Positions 11,462-24,200 of a stretch of 64,000 nt of DNA are shown here, piece by piece. A program made the position numbers and the translations under genes. The stretch lies in the NCBI RefSeq assembly GCF_006345805.1, contig NC_042997.1, positions 48,484,001 through 48,548,000 on the forward strand. Direction: 5' to 3'. Under the pieces are notes generated by a model. The model was given only the letters and a program-made list of their open reading frames with translations, was not told the origin of the DNA and searched no databases. Positions within the stretch are counted from its first letter, which is position 1, and each line of letters begins with the position of its first letter. This DNA is from Octopus sinensis. Lineage: Eukaryota.

Positions 11462-14400
11462 AAGCATGCATTTGTGCGTATGGGGTGGGGTTGTACATCT
11501 CTCCTGTACAGCTTTTCCGGCATTCCAATGACCTAACTCGACCACCATTCTGTCATCAATGAAAATAACTGCCTCGTTTATAGACCGAAAACCTGATATC
11601 AAGGAGAGTTCTAATAACAATAATTGTAGAAAGCAATACTAAATATATCTATGAAAACGTTAAACTTTTACTGCTGTGAGACTCTGTAAATCGACAAATC
11701 ATTAAAAAAAAAAAGAGAGCAAAAAGTAATAGTGTAAGGATAATGTTATTTGTTCCGTCACATTAAGTTGAAAGTACTTGATCCATGTGAAAACCTGGGG
11801 TTAAATGACGCCCTGATATAGAAAGGCCAGCAATTTAAATATTAAATGCTTGCCTATAATAACAAATTGTTTTCTGATATTACCACTGGGTCAAAGTGTT
11901 ATATTATTTGATGGGTTTCTATAATATATTCATTTATATCATACATAGTTATTCATTGCTTTATTTTGTCATGGCTTAGTTTAACAGACATTTTCTTTTT
12001 ACTTGCAATCTTTATTCTTTTCATCTTTTCCGCTTTTATAATTCAGTAATATTATGCGTCTATTTTATACTATCATTGTTTTATCTCTATAATGTTTTCC
12101 ATAATGTGAGTGATATTCTATTATTGCAATTCAGAAAAACTTCAGTATTACTTCGTGCAATGTCCCTTTAGTGATTATTCCACCATCTTCTTATGATAAC
12201 GTATGTTACATATAACTAAGTACCTGCAGTACTGAGTTAATGTGAAAGCTAAGTTCATATCCCAGTACCACCTTCCTTTTTGGTTTCCTGGATAAACGTC
12301 GAACTATTAACTACATCTTGTATGTTTATATAATAGCTTCAATTATTCTGTTCACAAAATATATACATTTCCTTGTCAGGTGAACTACTATTTGTAAAAT
12401 AATTGGAGATATTTGTATCCCAACTTGTTTACACCTGACAAAGAATGTTTTCCTCGTTTGCTTTTCGCCGGCTATGTCTCGTTTACTAGTTCTTTTTTCG
12501 TACATGAGTTCAATAAATATTAAAAGTATTAGGGGCTTTTATATACCAATTTTTCATTGAGCGAATTTCTCACCAACTCTTTCTTTCATACAGCTTCATC
12601 GTGATTGTAGCCTCACATCGGACGAAGACCGATAGAGAACATTCTACTGAAGGAACCGTGAGATTAGCGAAAAGTGTGAAAATGTCATTACCAAGAATGA
12701 CACTGCAGTTCATTACACAATGTAGGTGTACATTTTATGTAGCACCATAATATCGATGTGAAAGATATTTCATTGGCTAATATTGCATTTATATATTCTA
12801 AACGCTAACTATCAGGAGGTCTGGGGAAAAGCCATTGCGTGCACGAATATGTGTGCAAAGAAAAGTGAAGTGAGTCTGTTGTTACTCTCTTCGGTGATTT
12901 ACTGAGAGTCTCTCTGCGAAAGTGACTACTTACATGCTAGAATATAATTTAGAATTAACAGCTGCATACATTTGGTTTTGACAATTAGACACACGCGGAA
13001 CATTGAACCTTTTAGATGCTCATGCTGTGTCTTACGTATGAAATATGAAAATACCAATCAACTGAGGTTTTTCCAAGCTGTTACACGATAACAAAATCTT
13101 GGAATGGTTAAAATGTAAAACACGACAAAGCATGGAGTTAGTGCCAAGAAGAAGATTTAAAAGAAAATCTTTGATAATATGCATAATATAATGCAGAATG
13201 ATGTGGAACTAGTCTTTAAACCCAACTGATGAATTCAGTGAATTATATTTCGGTAATTTTTGAACTTGCATATTTCTATATATATTTATCGATGACACTT
13301 AGATGTGTAAAATCATTTGAATATGCTTCACTACGGAGATACAATATGAACAGAACTCATTATGTGTCATAATAATGTATTTTAGTAATTTTCTTCTCTG
13401 AAACAAGTTTCGGTGTACTGATATTTTTAGATCGCATTTTTCCGCTTAAATTGATATATTTTTTCACATTCAGACAACCTAACCTGGACGGAGACTGAGT
13501 TACGATGAGGAAAGGAAATTCACCTTGACCTGCTTTGGTAAGTTAGGCCCAGTACCTTTTCTTTCCATTTAAAATCGGACGGTGTTCAGGTATCGAGTCA
13601 ATATGTCAGTTATATTTGCAAATAACATTAGGTTGCAAGACATCAATTTTCATCACTTTTGTACTGTTGCATCGTCTGCTTGCATTCATAGACTTATGAT
13701 TTTGATGGAATGAAAGAAAAGTTACGAATTTGTTGCTGACCCAATGTAACATGTTATAATTTAGGTGGTGCACGCGTTCATTGTAGCACGTTTAATTTTT
13801 CCAATTCTTTTCATTCGTAGTAAAGTGTGTCGTAGAAACTTGCTCGTACAGATTGAGATTTCAAGCTGGAGATACCTTAATAGAATAAGATCATACAGGT
13901 TGAAGTTTCAGGTTATCTATAGAGATAGAAATGATAACAAAGAGAAGATCATGTTCTTCCTAAAAAGAGACAACATTCAACTGCTCTTTTACTATTCTGA
14001 CTCTCAGTGTCTCATGAAGCATAGTTTTAGTCTGTAATTTTAATTAATACGTATTACACTGAAAAAATATTAGGGAACTATTTGCTCAATATTAAATATA
14101 TTCTCAAAATATAACAAATTACATTACCTTTCTGTGGAAGAAATAAATGAGAGTTATACATTTTAACAATTATTATCACTTCAGATTCGATTGTTGACAG
14201 GAACATCTATGTATGATGTGATTTTACGAAAAGTATTACATGGAATTATTTCCGTAACTTATGAATACACAATATTATTATGTATATACCAAACACGTAG
14301 AACTAAGAAGCGATGTTGTAAGAAGCGATGTTAAAATTATCAGAAAGTCCATTACATTCACGAGCTTTATAGAAAGTTGGCTTATTTTTTCATGTTGCAT

Positions 14401-17400
14401 ATTTCTCGCTGCAATCACTTCGTTTTCTTTATGAGAAACAATTTACACAGTTCAAGCCCTCATTTTTATCGATCGAACGAATGACTGGATTAAATATAAG
14501 ACTACTGCATCTTCATTCCATCTTATTTGATCGTTTTTGCTCTTGGACAGTGAATTTTATAAATATTTCTGCCATTCTGACGATGTACATTCAAAGCGCT
14601 AACCACATCAGCCGGTAAATCTATGCCACGAAACCAACATCTTCTATTCTCACTTAATTATCTGACGCCTACGATCGCCAGGTGGAATATGCAAAACCAT
14701 ATCTCACTGACTTGTAAAATCAATAATTTTCGAGGAAACCAAACGCTGCACTCATTGTTCAGAAATCTGCCTGTTTGCCTGTCTCTCTCCTGAAATTTAA
14801 GATATATACGCTCTATAAGTATGCATATCTTGAATTTCTCCACGAAGCAACCATTCTTGGCGACATTATTTGAAACTGAGGAGAAATGGAACACAATTTC
14901 TGTTCGCAGGTGAAAATGTTTAACGATATCAATATGGTAATGTTTTCAAAAAGTTTCCAATTGGAGAACATCAAAAGGGGAAGTGTTATGACGACACCAA
15001 ACCTTGGAGACTAATAAACATGTTTTCTCGTCATCCAGTTCTATACATATTGAGTGTATAGGATTATATTTTTCGTTTTCAGAAAGGCTATACTAATCAA
15101 GCCCCCTGCTCTTTTAAGTTGAATAACCATTAATATATAACCCAATGACGAACCCATTATTAGGATTGTCCATCACACTAATGTTGCTTTAGTAAGAGAT
15201 TGAATTTCGTTGGCTGTTTTCATATCTATGGCTATTGTGCAGAGGCGCAATATATTCAATAACATACTTTCTTTTGCACATAACTAATATTAGATATTGC
15301 TTCATCAGCGGCCAGTATATATGTAAACCATTCACTCTCAATATAAAAAAAATCATCTCGAATATTTAAGTTAGAGACGTGTTTAGGAATATACACATGC
15401 ACAAAATATTGATATTTTTATACCTCAGATTATGCATATATGAGCACTGATGATTGACTTATTAAACATAATATTTACACAATTTTAACACTGAATAGAA
15501 TTTACCAAATATATATATATGAAGTAGAAAATTTCCTAAAATGTATCTTCAGTTTAGAGAGTGAGTGCTCTTGTGGAATCAGTTTCTGAAGCTGTAGGCT
15601 GGAATGTCAGACGTTTCCAGCAATTCATCATTTCATGCAGATAATAAAAAACCTAAATTTTTTCAAACTTTCTTCTAAAACATTGTCCAACTCGTTTCAA
15701 TGCCTATATCCGTCAAGTATTATGAATTAAATATCCTAAGTTTAAAATTATGCGCTAACTTTTAAATGGAGACGCTATCTGAAGACGTCTTAAGTTCCCG
15801 ATGCATTCAGTAAATTTCTTGTATTCTTTGGACTTCGGAAATGCTGCACCACTTTCAAGAGTTTTAGTAAATCAAATCGATCTGTACTTGTTGCAGTCTT
15901 CTTCTTAATTCTTCGATCTATGTTCGTTTATATTTTCTTTCGAGTGGCTAATTTTTCTCTTCAGGCAACGCTGGAATTTTATTAACAGGTTTATTTAAGC
16001 ACACATGTAGACACACAAAATAGACACACATGTTCACGTACAAGAAAGGCATTGCAACGTGTTTGTCTCCAAAATTTCACTCATAAGCTTAACTCAAATT
16101 GAATGTGGATGCACACAGATTTTAGCACAATAGGATCCATTGCAGAACTACGTACCTACAAACCGAGCTCAAATATTCCTGAGTATATGAAAATACATGT
16201 AAATACGTTTTTTAATGTAATTTTCCAAACCAGATATGACGAATGTTATATGGACTTCAGAGAGCTTTGGTTCGATATATAAAAGCCGCAATGTCGATAA
16301 GTTGCATCCTGGTTATGCGCAATTAATTGTAGTGATTACTTTCCATTTGCCGATGTTGGCTATAGATTTATAGCCAACATTTACTCTCGTTTTATATTTA
16401 AGTTTTATGGCATTTGCAATTGTTTAGGAAAAGCTTTCCAATCAGCATTAACACAATTTTTGAGGCTGTTGCATGCAGCATTAAAACTAAATAGTAGTTC
16501 GAATACGGTAGGATATCTTTAAAATTTTCTCAGGAAATAAACACAATAAGGGGAATTTATCGAGAATTACATATTCTATTTAAGTGCTGAGGATTCTAAC
16601 CATGTTTTAGAAGAGAAAAAAATTATGTTTACTACGATTGTACTTGCAAGCAATTAGGATTAAAATGATGTCCGGAAAATTAGTGGCACTTAATTTACAT
16701 GAAAGATAAATCGGCTAAATTCATCGATCAAATCAATTAGATTCTTAATAATCGATTGACGAGGCATATTATCTAACCCGTAAGGCGTCCTAGGTTGAAG
16801 AATTTGTTTACAAAAACCAGCTTAGAAACGATGATTTTTTTTCCATTGAAGAAACTGTATACACAGATGTTACGAAATAAATGCAATACAATTGGAAATG
16901 GTATAGTGTCATGTTGATGTCAAGTCAAGGTCAATGTTGAGATGGTATCAGGATGGCACCCGAAATAATGATGTCCCTTTATGTTAGTATACGCATTATG
17001 TTCTGTTTCACTCTTTCTTTCTTTGATCGATGAAATATTTACCAAATGTACACATTCCTTGGAAACTCTTCAGTTTTACATACAAACCAAAACTCAGTTT
17101 CTACTCCGCGCACTCATCCATGGCAAGTAATGATTTTTTTACAAACTTTACGTAGGCATACATAAAACATAATGAAAACGCACGCACACACATTCACACA
17201 CACGTGTTGACACACTCCAGTTAGACTTCCAAACATGTACATCTATGTTATTATTATTTTTTTTTTTTGCCGATAACACATAACTGAATTACAGACACCA
17301 TTTATTCCTAACTCACGTCGAATATTGGCAGGTTCTGTTTTCCTCCTTCAGATTGTGGTTATATGTTACCAGTAGCACTATTAATGTAACTTGTAATGGT

Positions 17401-17749
17401 GAAAATCTGAACTCACACTGAAAATTCATTGTAATGAAATCATCAAATAAGCAATTTAAATAAGTCTGCTCGATAGCTTTAATACTAATTTAATTTTATT
17501 GTTACACTTTTTACCATACTTATAGCAGTTCTACTGTATTTTTGACAGGGAATCAGAAGAAAATTTACTCTTAAAATATAGGACCTTTTATAATAGTATG
17601 TTATTTAATTTTATTCCTTTTTTTATCTTCCTTTGTTTCGTGCTCTCAAGCGTAATAAGTTTACGCTGACCATCATCCATGATCATATCATCTGGATGAA
17701 CGTCATCCAATTTAACCAAAATGTTCATATCTCAAATAGTGATTTCAAC

Positions 17750-17957
17750 TTTTAGCACAACGCCAGCAACTTCAGGGAAGGTATAAGTCGATTATATTGG
17801 CCCCCCACCCTCCTAGTGCTCAACTGGTACTTATTTTATTCATCACAACGAGATAAAATATAAAGACGATCTTGACGGAATTTTAACTCAGATCGTAAAG
17901 ACGGACAAAATGCCACTAAGCATTGAACTCTAACGAGTGCTAACGATTCTGACAGCT
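17750..17957 (-). mobile_element. SINE family C, diverged copy
   Basis: agtcgattatattggcccc...caactggtacttattttat...ggaattttaactcagatcgtaaagacggac. Confidence 0.7.
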
Positions 17958-18615
17958 CTAGGTGTTATTTCAAATATCAACTCAAAATATATTTGTTGCG
18001 TACATGAAGATTCTGTATTCTTTTATCGCTGTTCTATTTTTGTTTCGAATCAAAAATCTGCATGTATATATTTTCCTATATTTTTTGTTTTAACTTATTC
18101 CGTTTTGAAATTAATTTAGTGTAACTAAGTAATTATCTTACCATTTTTTCCAGGAATCATTCGATAGAGAACGTTAGAAAATCTTTTCTAGATACCTAAT
18201 CGTGAACCCCTTGTAAACATAAAGAAAGGATGCATGACGAACACGTGTGTCTAATATCATTAATGCACCTTTCTTTCTACAGGTATCTGTAGAATACATT
18301 TGAAGTACTAATGTATTATTTCTTTATCTGACAGAATTCAGGAAATAAAATAGGTAGAAGATAAAAAATCGTTATCAAAAATTTGAATATTGTAATTTCC
18401 CGAACATCGCGATATCACATGCTTTGAATATTCGTGATCTCCATTTTATGAAATATTCATTTATATATAATGTATGGATTGTGTATGGTTTTCAATATAG
18501 AGTAGTATCATTATAGGAATATGACAAAATCATTCACTGATTGTAAGTATATTATCTCGTAATAAATCCTATTCATGGAGCCACGCAGAAACTAACTCCA
18601 TATTGACGGCATATA

Positions 18616-19775
18616 TCAGGTTGAGTAAAAAGTAAGCAACGTTTTGAACCATGAAGAATTTGTACCGGATTTTGTCAGGGTTTTGAAGTTTTAAGCATTT
18701 TTTGAAATTGTCTGGTAAAACAGACATAGACTTGCCCAAATGCATAAATAAATTAACATTGATATTTTTCACCGTTGTTATAATCATCTGAAATGGAACT
18801 GCCAAAGCGCGATATTCGATCATTTTGCTATTCAACTACAAGAAACGACGTAAAGCAGCTGAAACTGCTCGTGATATCAACGAAACGTTTGTTGAAGAAA
18901 TGACCAGTGAGTGGTCAACTCGAAAATGGTTTAAACGATTTCCCAGTGGAGACCTGAGCCCTGAAGATCGTGAGCATAGAGGACGCCCATCTATGATCAA
19001 TAACGATCAAGTAAAGACCGTCATTGAGAAAGATCCACTTAAAACCACTCAGAAAGTGGCACAATAACTTCAGGTTAGCCAGAAAACTGCCTGCAACTAT
19101 TTGCATGCGATCGGAAGATCAAAGAATCTCGACAAATGGGTATCACACAATTTGAATGAAAATCGGAAAATGCGCAGATATGGAATTTGCTTGTCGCTTC
19201 TTCTCCTTAACAAGACCGATCCATTTCTCCACCGTATCGTAAGTTGCGATGAAAAGTGGATTCTGTACAATACTAAAAAACGTTCTTCGCAGTGGTTGAA
19301 CCAAAATGAAGCATCGAAAATATTCCCTCAATCCGAGCTCTTGAAAAGAAAATGGTTACGGTGAGTGTTTGGTGGTGTACTTCTGGACTCATCCGCTATA
19401 ACCTCTTAGAACCCGGAATGACAATTCTCGACCACACGTTTCCCTAATGACGCTCCCGAAGTTGAGGGAATTTGACTACAAAGTTCTACCCCATCCAGCT
19501 TATTACCTAGATCTGTCTCCTGCCGACGACCGCTTTTCAAGCACTCTGATGGTTTCTTGCGAGAGAAGGAGATCAAAAATGAAATCGATGCTGAAAGTGC
19601 GTTCAAAGTGTTCATCAGTTTCAGAACTCCAGATTTCTTTAGCAAACTGATAAATCGTTGGAAAAAATGTTGATTATAATGGTACTTACTTTGATGAATA
19701 AAATTCCCGCATTGTTGAAATATATTGTAATGAACTTCAGGTTTCAAAACGTTGTTTACTTTTTACTCAGCCGGA
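18616..19775 (+). mobile_element. Mariner (DD34D-type) DNA transposon, defective, both TIRs present, TA target duplication
   Basis: Left TIR tcaggttgagtaaaaagtaagcaacgttttgaacc; right TIR reverse complement tccggctgagtaaaaagtaaacaacgttttgaaacc; TA at 18614-18615 and 19776-19777. Confidence 0.93.
18793..19701 (+). pseudogene. Mariner transposase pseudogene
   Basis: HTH region (AAETARDINETF...RKWFKRF...GRP), WVSHNL (WVPHEL motif), RIVSCDEKWILY (first D), HPAYYLDLSPAD (YSPDLAPSD motif); several frameshifts; internal deletion near 19428 removes the second catalytic D. Confidence 0.92.
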
Positions 19776-21092
19776 TATAATAAAATTAATTCATTAAGGC
19801 ATAAATTATTCGTGTGTCACTAACTTGACATCAAGTTGGTTGATTATAGAAAAAGTAGGCATAGTGACAAAAATCTTCTAACTATAGCTTTCCAACATCT
19901 TTTATGCTGTGATAGTAAATAAATATTGATAATTATCGAAATTCCCCTATCGTTTTCCGGAGATATTAGGATGTTATCTCAAGGTATAAAGATATGGTTG
20001 TCATTTCTAGCCGTTAGAACGACTATGTTGTAGCATCCACATGAAAGCTTCCGTTGTTATCGTATGTGTCTTATAATCCAAGTTAATATTAAGACGCACT
20101 CGGTCGAATAAGCTGACATCAACTTTAAAGCACCCCAATAGATTCTTCGATATCTCAAACTACTTTATTTTTAATCCTATTATGACGCTGAAATGAGCAG
20201 GAATGATAGCGGAATTCAGCCAAATATTTACTTCTCTCACTTTCTTTGGAAATAACACCTTTTGCCAACTCCAAATTGTGCAGAAACTAGAAATGTAGAA
20301 ATCTTTGCCAGATACCTTGCAGTTTCTAAGCTCGTGATTCTTTGACATTTGCTTTCAAACCTTATAGTCTATTTGACATGACTCGTCATCGTTTCTGGAT
20401 CAATAATATAAGTGAGGTTGGAATTATTTATGTATTTATGAAACATTTCTATTTCCAGTCCCTTTTATTTAGGCTTCAGTGTATTATTGTTCAATATAAA
20501 TGCGTTTCGTGTATAAAAGAACGGTTATAGGTGAGCGATGCTATACCAGTATATATATTATGTGCACATTTTATTGTGCTTCCTTGAGTATTTTCATGAT
20601 TGGCAGTATGAAGTTAGTGTGTACATTTGATATTTTGTTTTTTTTATTTATTCTTACGCTAAGCAAATCGTAATATTAGCATGGGTGTGATGTTATATAT
20701 ATCTTGGGGAGAAATTATCGGTATAAAGTAAGAAGAATTTGATTAATATTAATCCCTTAACATTTGATTTCTAACATAGACAATACATCATCCACAGAAG
20801 AATGAAAATTAAAACAGTTTTAAGAGGGATTTGGATTCAGAACACAAAGGGAAATAACTACCTTAAAGTATTTTGTACACCGATCTAAAAAGTATATCGA
20901 TTCAGGCCCCTTTTCTCTTAATACATCCAGGTTGTTTAAAAGAATAAGGTAAAAGAAACGACAGAATTTCAAACTAAATAATTGCAGTCTTTATTTACGT
21001 TGAAGTCCAGTCTTAGCACAAACCCATAAGTGGAAAACTAGCAACTTTTGCCACTCATACTTTAATTCGATTTCCATAATTGTTCCTTGCAG

Positions 21093-21132
21093 ATATTTGA
21101 CATCAAAACGTACCAGTGATAATTATTACCAG
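21093..21132 (+). other. Candidate 40-nt internal exon
   Basis: Acceptor ttgttccttgcag, donor CAG|gtaata; one open frame (YLTSKRTSDNYYQ); no homology recognised. Confidence 0.2.
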
Positions 21133-23824
21133 GTAATATGAAGAGTTTCAGGTTCAAAAATTCAACTGTTCACACTTCTATAGTCTGCAAAATCTGATTG
21201 CTTTTGATGAATGCAAATTAATCCTCACATTAACGGTTTTATGGTGTCAGCACATTAATATTCACACTCATGGATAACAGCAATTAAGTCATTATGTTGA
21301 CATAATATATGTTTCGGGGGACAAAAACTCATGTACATTAAAATTTGGAAATAATAGTTTCTCTTCTTGGTTTATATTGTTTTCAGCATTCACATAAATC
21401 ATCATTAAATTTCATCAAAACTCTCATCTAGGAGTATGCGTTCAGTAAATCTTGGGACTGAGTCATTTACGTCATCTGAAATTTAGTTTTTGTCTCTAAT
21501 AAACTCGAAAATCCATCAAAATTCATATTCATTTTAAGTATTTCTTCCGTTTTGCAAAAAGGTTTCTTTCGTAACGAAGTTATCTTTTAGGAGCCCCACA
21601 TTGCATAAACTTTGATAAATAGCCTCCGGAAGGAAAAGATTAATTCTTATATATTTCAAATTCTTATTTATAATCCAAATTTTATATTTAAGAAAAATTG
21701 CTTTGTATGTCATTGTACGAATGGATAATTTTGTATATAATGTACAAATGGATATTTTTCTTTTACAGTTTAAACATAATGGATTACGAATTCTTGCTAA
21801 ATGTTCGAGTCAAAAATACCAAGTGAAAATACATATACGTGCATAAAGAAAAGATATCATCTGAACAATGTATTAAAGCAAAATTGCATATTTTTTAATT
21901 CTGCATATAGAGGTAAGTCGCCTCTGTTATTGGTACAACTCTCCAAATTATCTCGTTTTCTAGTAAAAGTAAATATTGTGTAATGAAACAATATCTAGAG
22001 AAATTATAAGAGATAGAAAATTTTAAAATGCGTGTATATAGAAGAACAACCAAAATGATTTATGACTATATTTTATTACTCTCACAATATACCTCCCAAA
22101 CTAGGAATTAAATGCAATGATTTATGTTCATGTTTTTTTTAATGTCCTTGTTCAATGCCGTTTCCTATTCCTTTTTAAATTTTTAAATGGGGAAAAGCTA
22201 TAGAAAATCATAAAATACAATCCTTTACTAGAAATTATCTATTAACATTACATTTAGAGCAACATGTATTGGAGGAAAATTTTAGGTAATGTACCACGTT
22301 ATGCATTTTTAAAGAATTTTCTCATATGTCGAATAGAAAAAAAAGTTGATATTAGTAACATTCGTACTTATTCATATTCCAAATCTAATAAAATTACCAG
22401 AGCATTCTTCAGATTCAATTTCCTTAGTTAAATAACGAAATGAATTCTTATTAATATATTTTGATTAATACCATGTCATAATAACTGCAAGTTTGGTCTC
22501 AATGGTTGTACATGATAGATTATCAGTAGATCGCTATAGGAAGGAAACTAGAATACTCACAGTATAAACTATTTGATAATCTACTGAAAATCATGAGAGC
22601 ATTTACGATGAGGAATTCCAAATAAGAAGTTAAACATCACTGAATAGAAGGAATGGCTTCGAATGCCAGTGTAACATGAAAGAAGAAACCACATAAGTGT
22701 GTGGATGCACTTTATGAAGACGAGATGTGCAAGAGTTACATGCAACATTAACTGTATTTTATTTTATTATCTTGATTATTAATTATATTGGAGAAAAACT
22801 CGAATTTTGACGAAATACAAATGCACTTAAATTCAGTTCACTACTTCACCACAGAAACATAAAGTGTAACATCGTCTCAAAAATATATTTATAAATAGTG
22901 AGTTTTAATATATCGAATATGACGTTTGCAAATACATTTTCTCATGCACTTCAACATTGTTTGTGAAGAATTTCTTTTAAAGATTTGTAAATATATTTGA
23001 AGTATCACACAACGCTATTTTTTGTTGCAGGAATCTTATTTGGATGTATGTGTGAGCCTACACAGAGAGCAATGGAGAGTTAGAAGACAGAAACAGAAAG
23101 AAGATACATAAATAGCTATATCAACATTTCCAATACACACTAAGCAGACGATCAAAGTTGACATTGGACAGGGAAATATTCAACAACTGTGTCTCTCTCT
23201 CTCTCCTTCTCTTTCAGCGATTCATAAACAAAATTGAAGTACAAACTTCCATCTTATTTACCGCATACATAGCAAAGGAGGTCATTGTGGCCGATATACA
23301 AATTCTTCTCCATAACAGCAACGTGAGCTCCCATGCGTGTAGACAGTTTACGCACCCGATGGAAAATGATCAAACATGACTGATCATTCCAATTGCCAAT
23401 GGTCAGAATGTAACTTTGAGAAGAAGTGCACTTGCTCTCTCAATTTCTAAAAGAAATAATTTGCTCTGTGAAAGGAAAATACCTATCTATATGAGTTGTG
23501 TGGGAGTGAAACAAGATAATATTGATATAGCGTTCACAGGTCAAATAGATTAGACCTCAAAAATCAGATATACATAACATAACCAACTAACCAGCATCTC
23601 GAGGCATTTTAAATTATCAATTATCTCATTTTTATATCTCTTTTCTGCTTCCATTTCATAGAATATATCCATAGTTATATGCTGAAAATATTTTCATTCT
23701 AGCAAAATTATAATATAACTGAATAATGTTCCTTATGAAAAAGATATCAGGCTGCTTGTTTTCGTAGAGACCACTTTTCGATAAGTAAGAACTACTTTGC
23801 TACCGATGTTATATGTTATTTGGT

Positions 23825-24200
23825 GGAGGCGCAATGGCCCAGTGGTTAGGGCAGCGGACTCGCGGTCGTAGGATCGCGGTTTCGATTCCTAGACCGGGCG
23901 TTTTGAGTGTTTATTGAGCGAAAACACCTAAAAGCTCCACGAGGTTCCGGCAGGGATGATGGTGATCCCTGTTGTACTCTTTCACCACAACTTTCTCTCA
24001 CTCTTACTTCCTGTTTTTGTTGTACCTGTATTTCAAAGGGCCGGCCTTGTCACTCTCTGTGTCACGCTGAATATCCCCGAGAACTACGTTAAGGGTACAC
24101 GTGTCTGTGGAGTGCTCAGCCACTTACATGTTAATTTCACGAGCAGGCTGTTCCGTTGACCGGATCAACCGGAACCCTCGTCGTCGTAACCGACGGAGTG
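23825..24200 (+). mobile_element. SINE family A, apparently full length
   Basis: tRNA-derived head with A box (tggcccagtgg) and B box (ggtttcgattcc); 3' end aaccgacggagtg. Confidence 0.9.

Noticed and set aside
12372-12443. 10-bp inverted repeat with an inner hairpin (pre-miRNA or MITE candidate)
   Set aside because: The stem is too short and branched for a pre-miRNA, there is no second copy, and no TSD was seen.
14109-14135. Possible 4-nt microexon on the minus strand (ttcttccacag|AAAG|gtaatg)
   Set aside because: Cannot be distinguished from chance without spliced reads.
23825-23900. tRNA-like sequences at SINE heads (also 10854, 36770, 39550)
   Set aside because: A and B boxes are present but there is no full cloverleaf, and they continue into SINE body; not tRNA genes.
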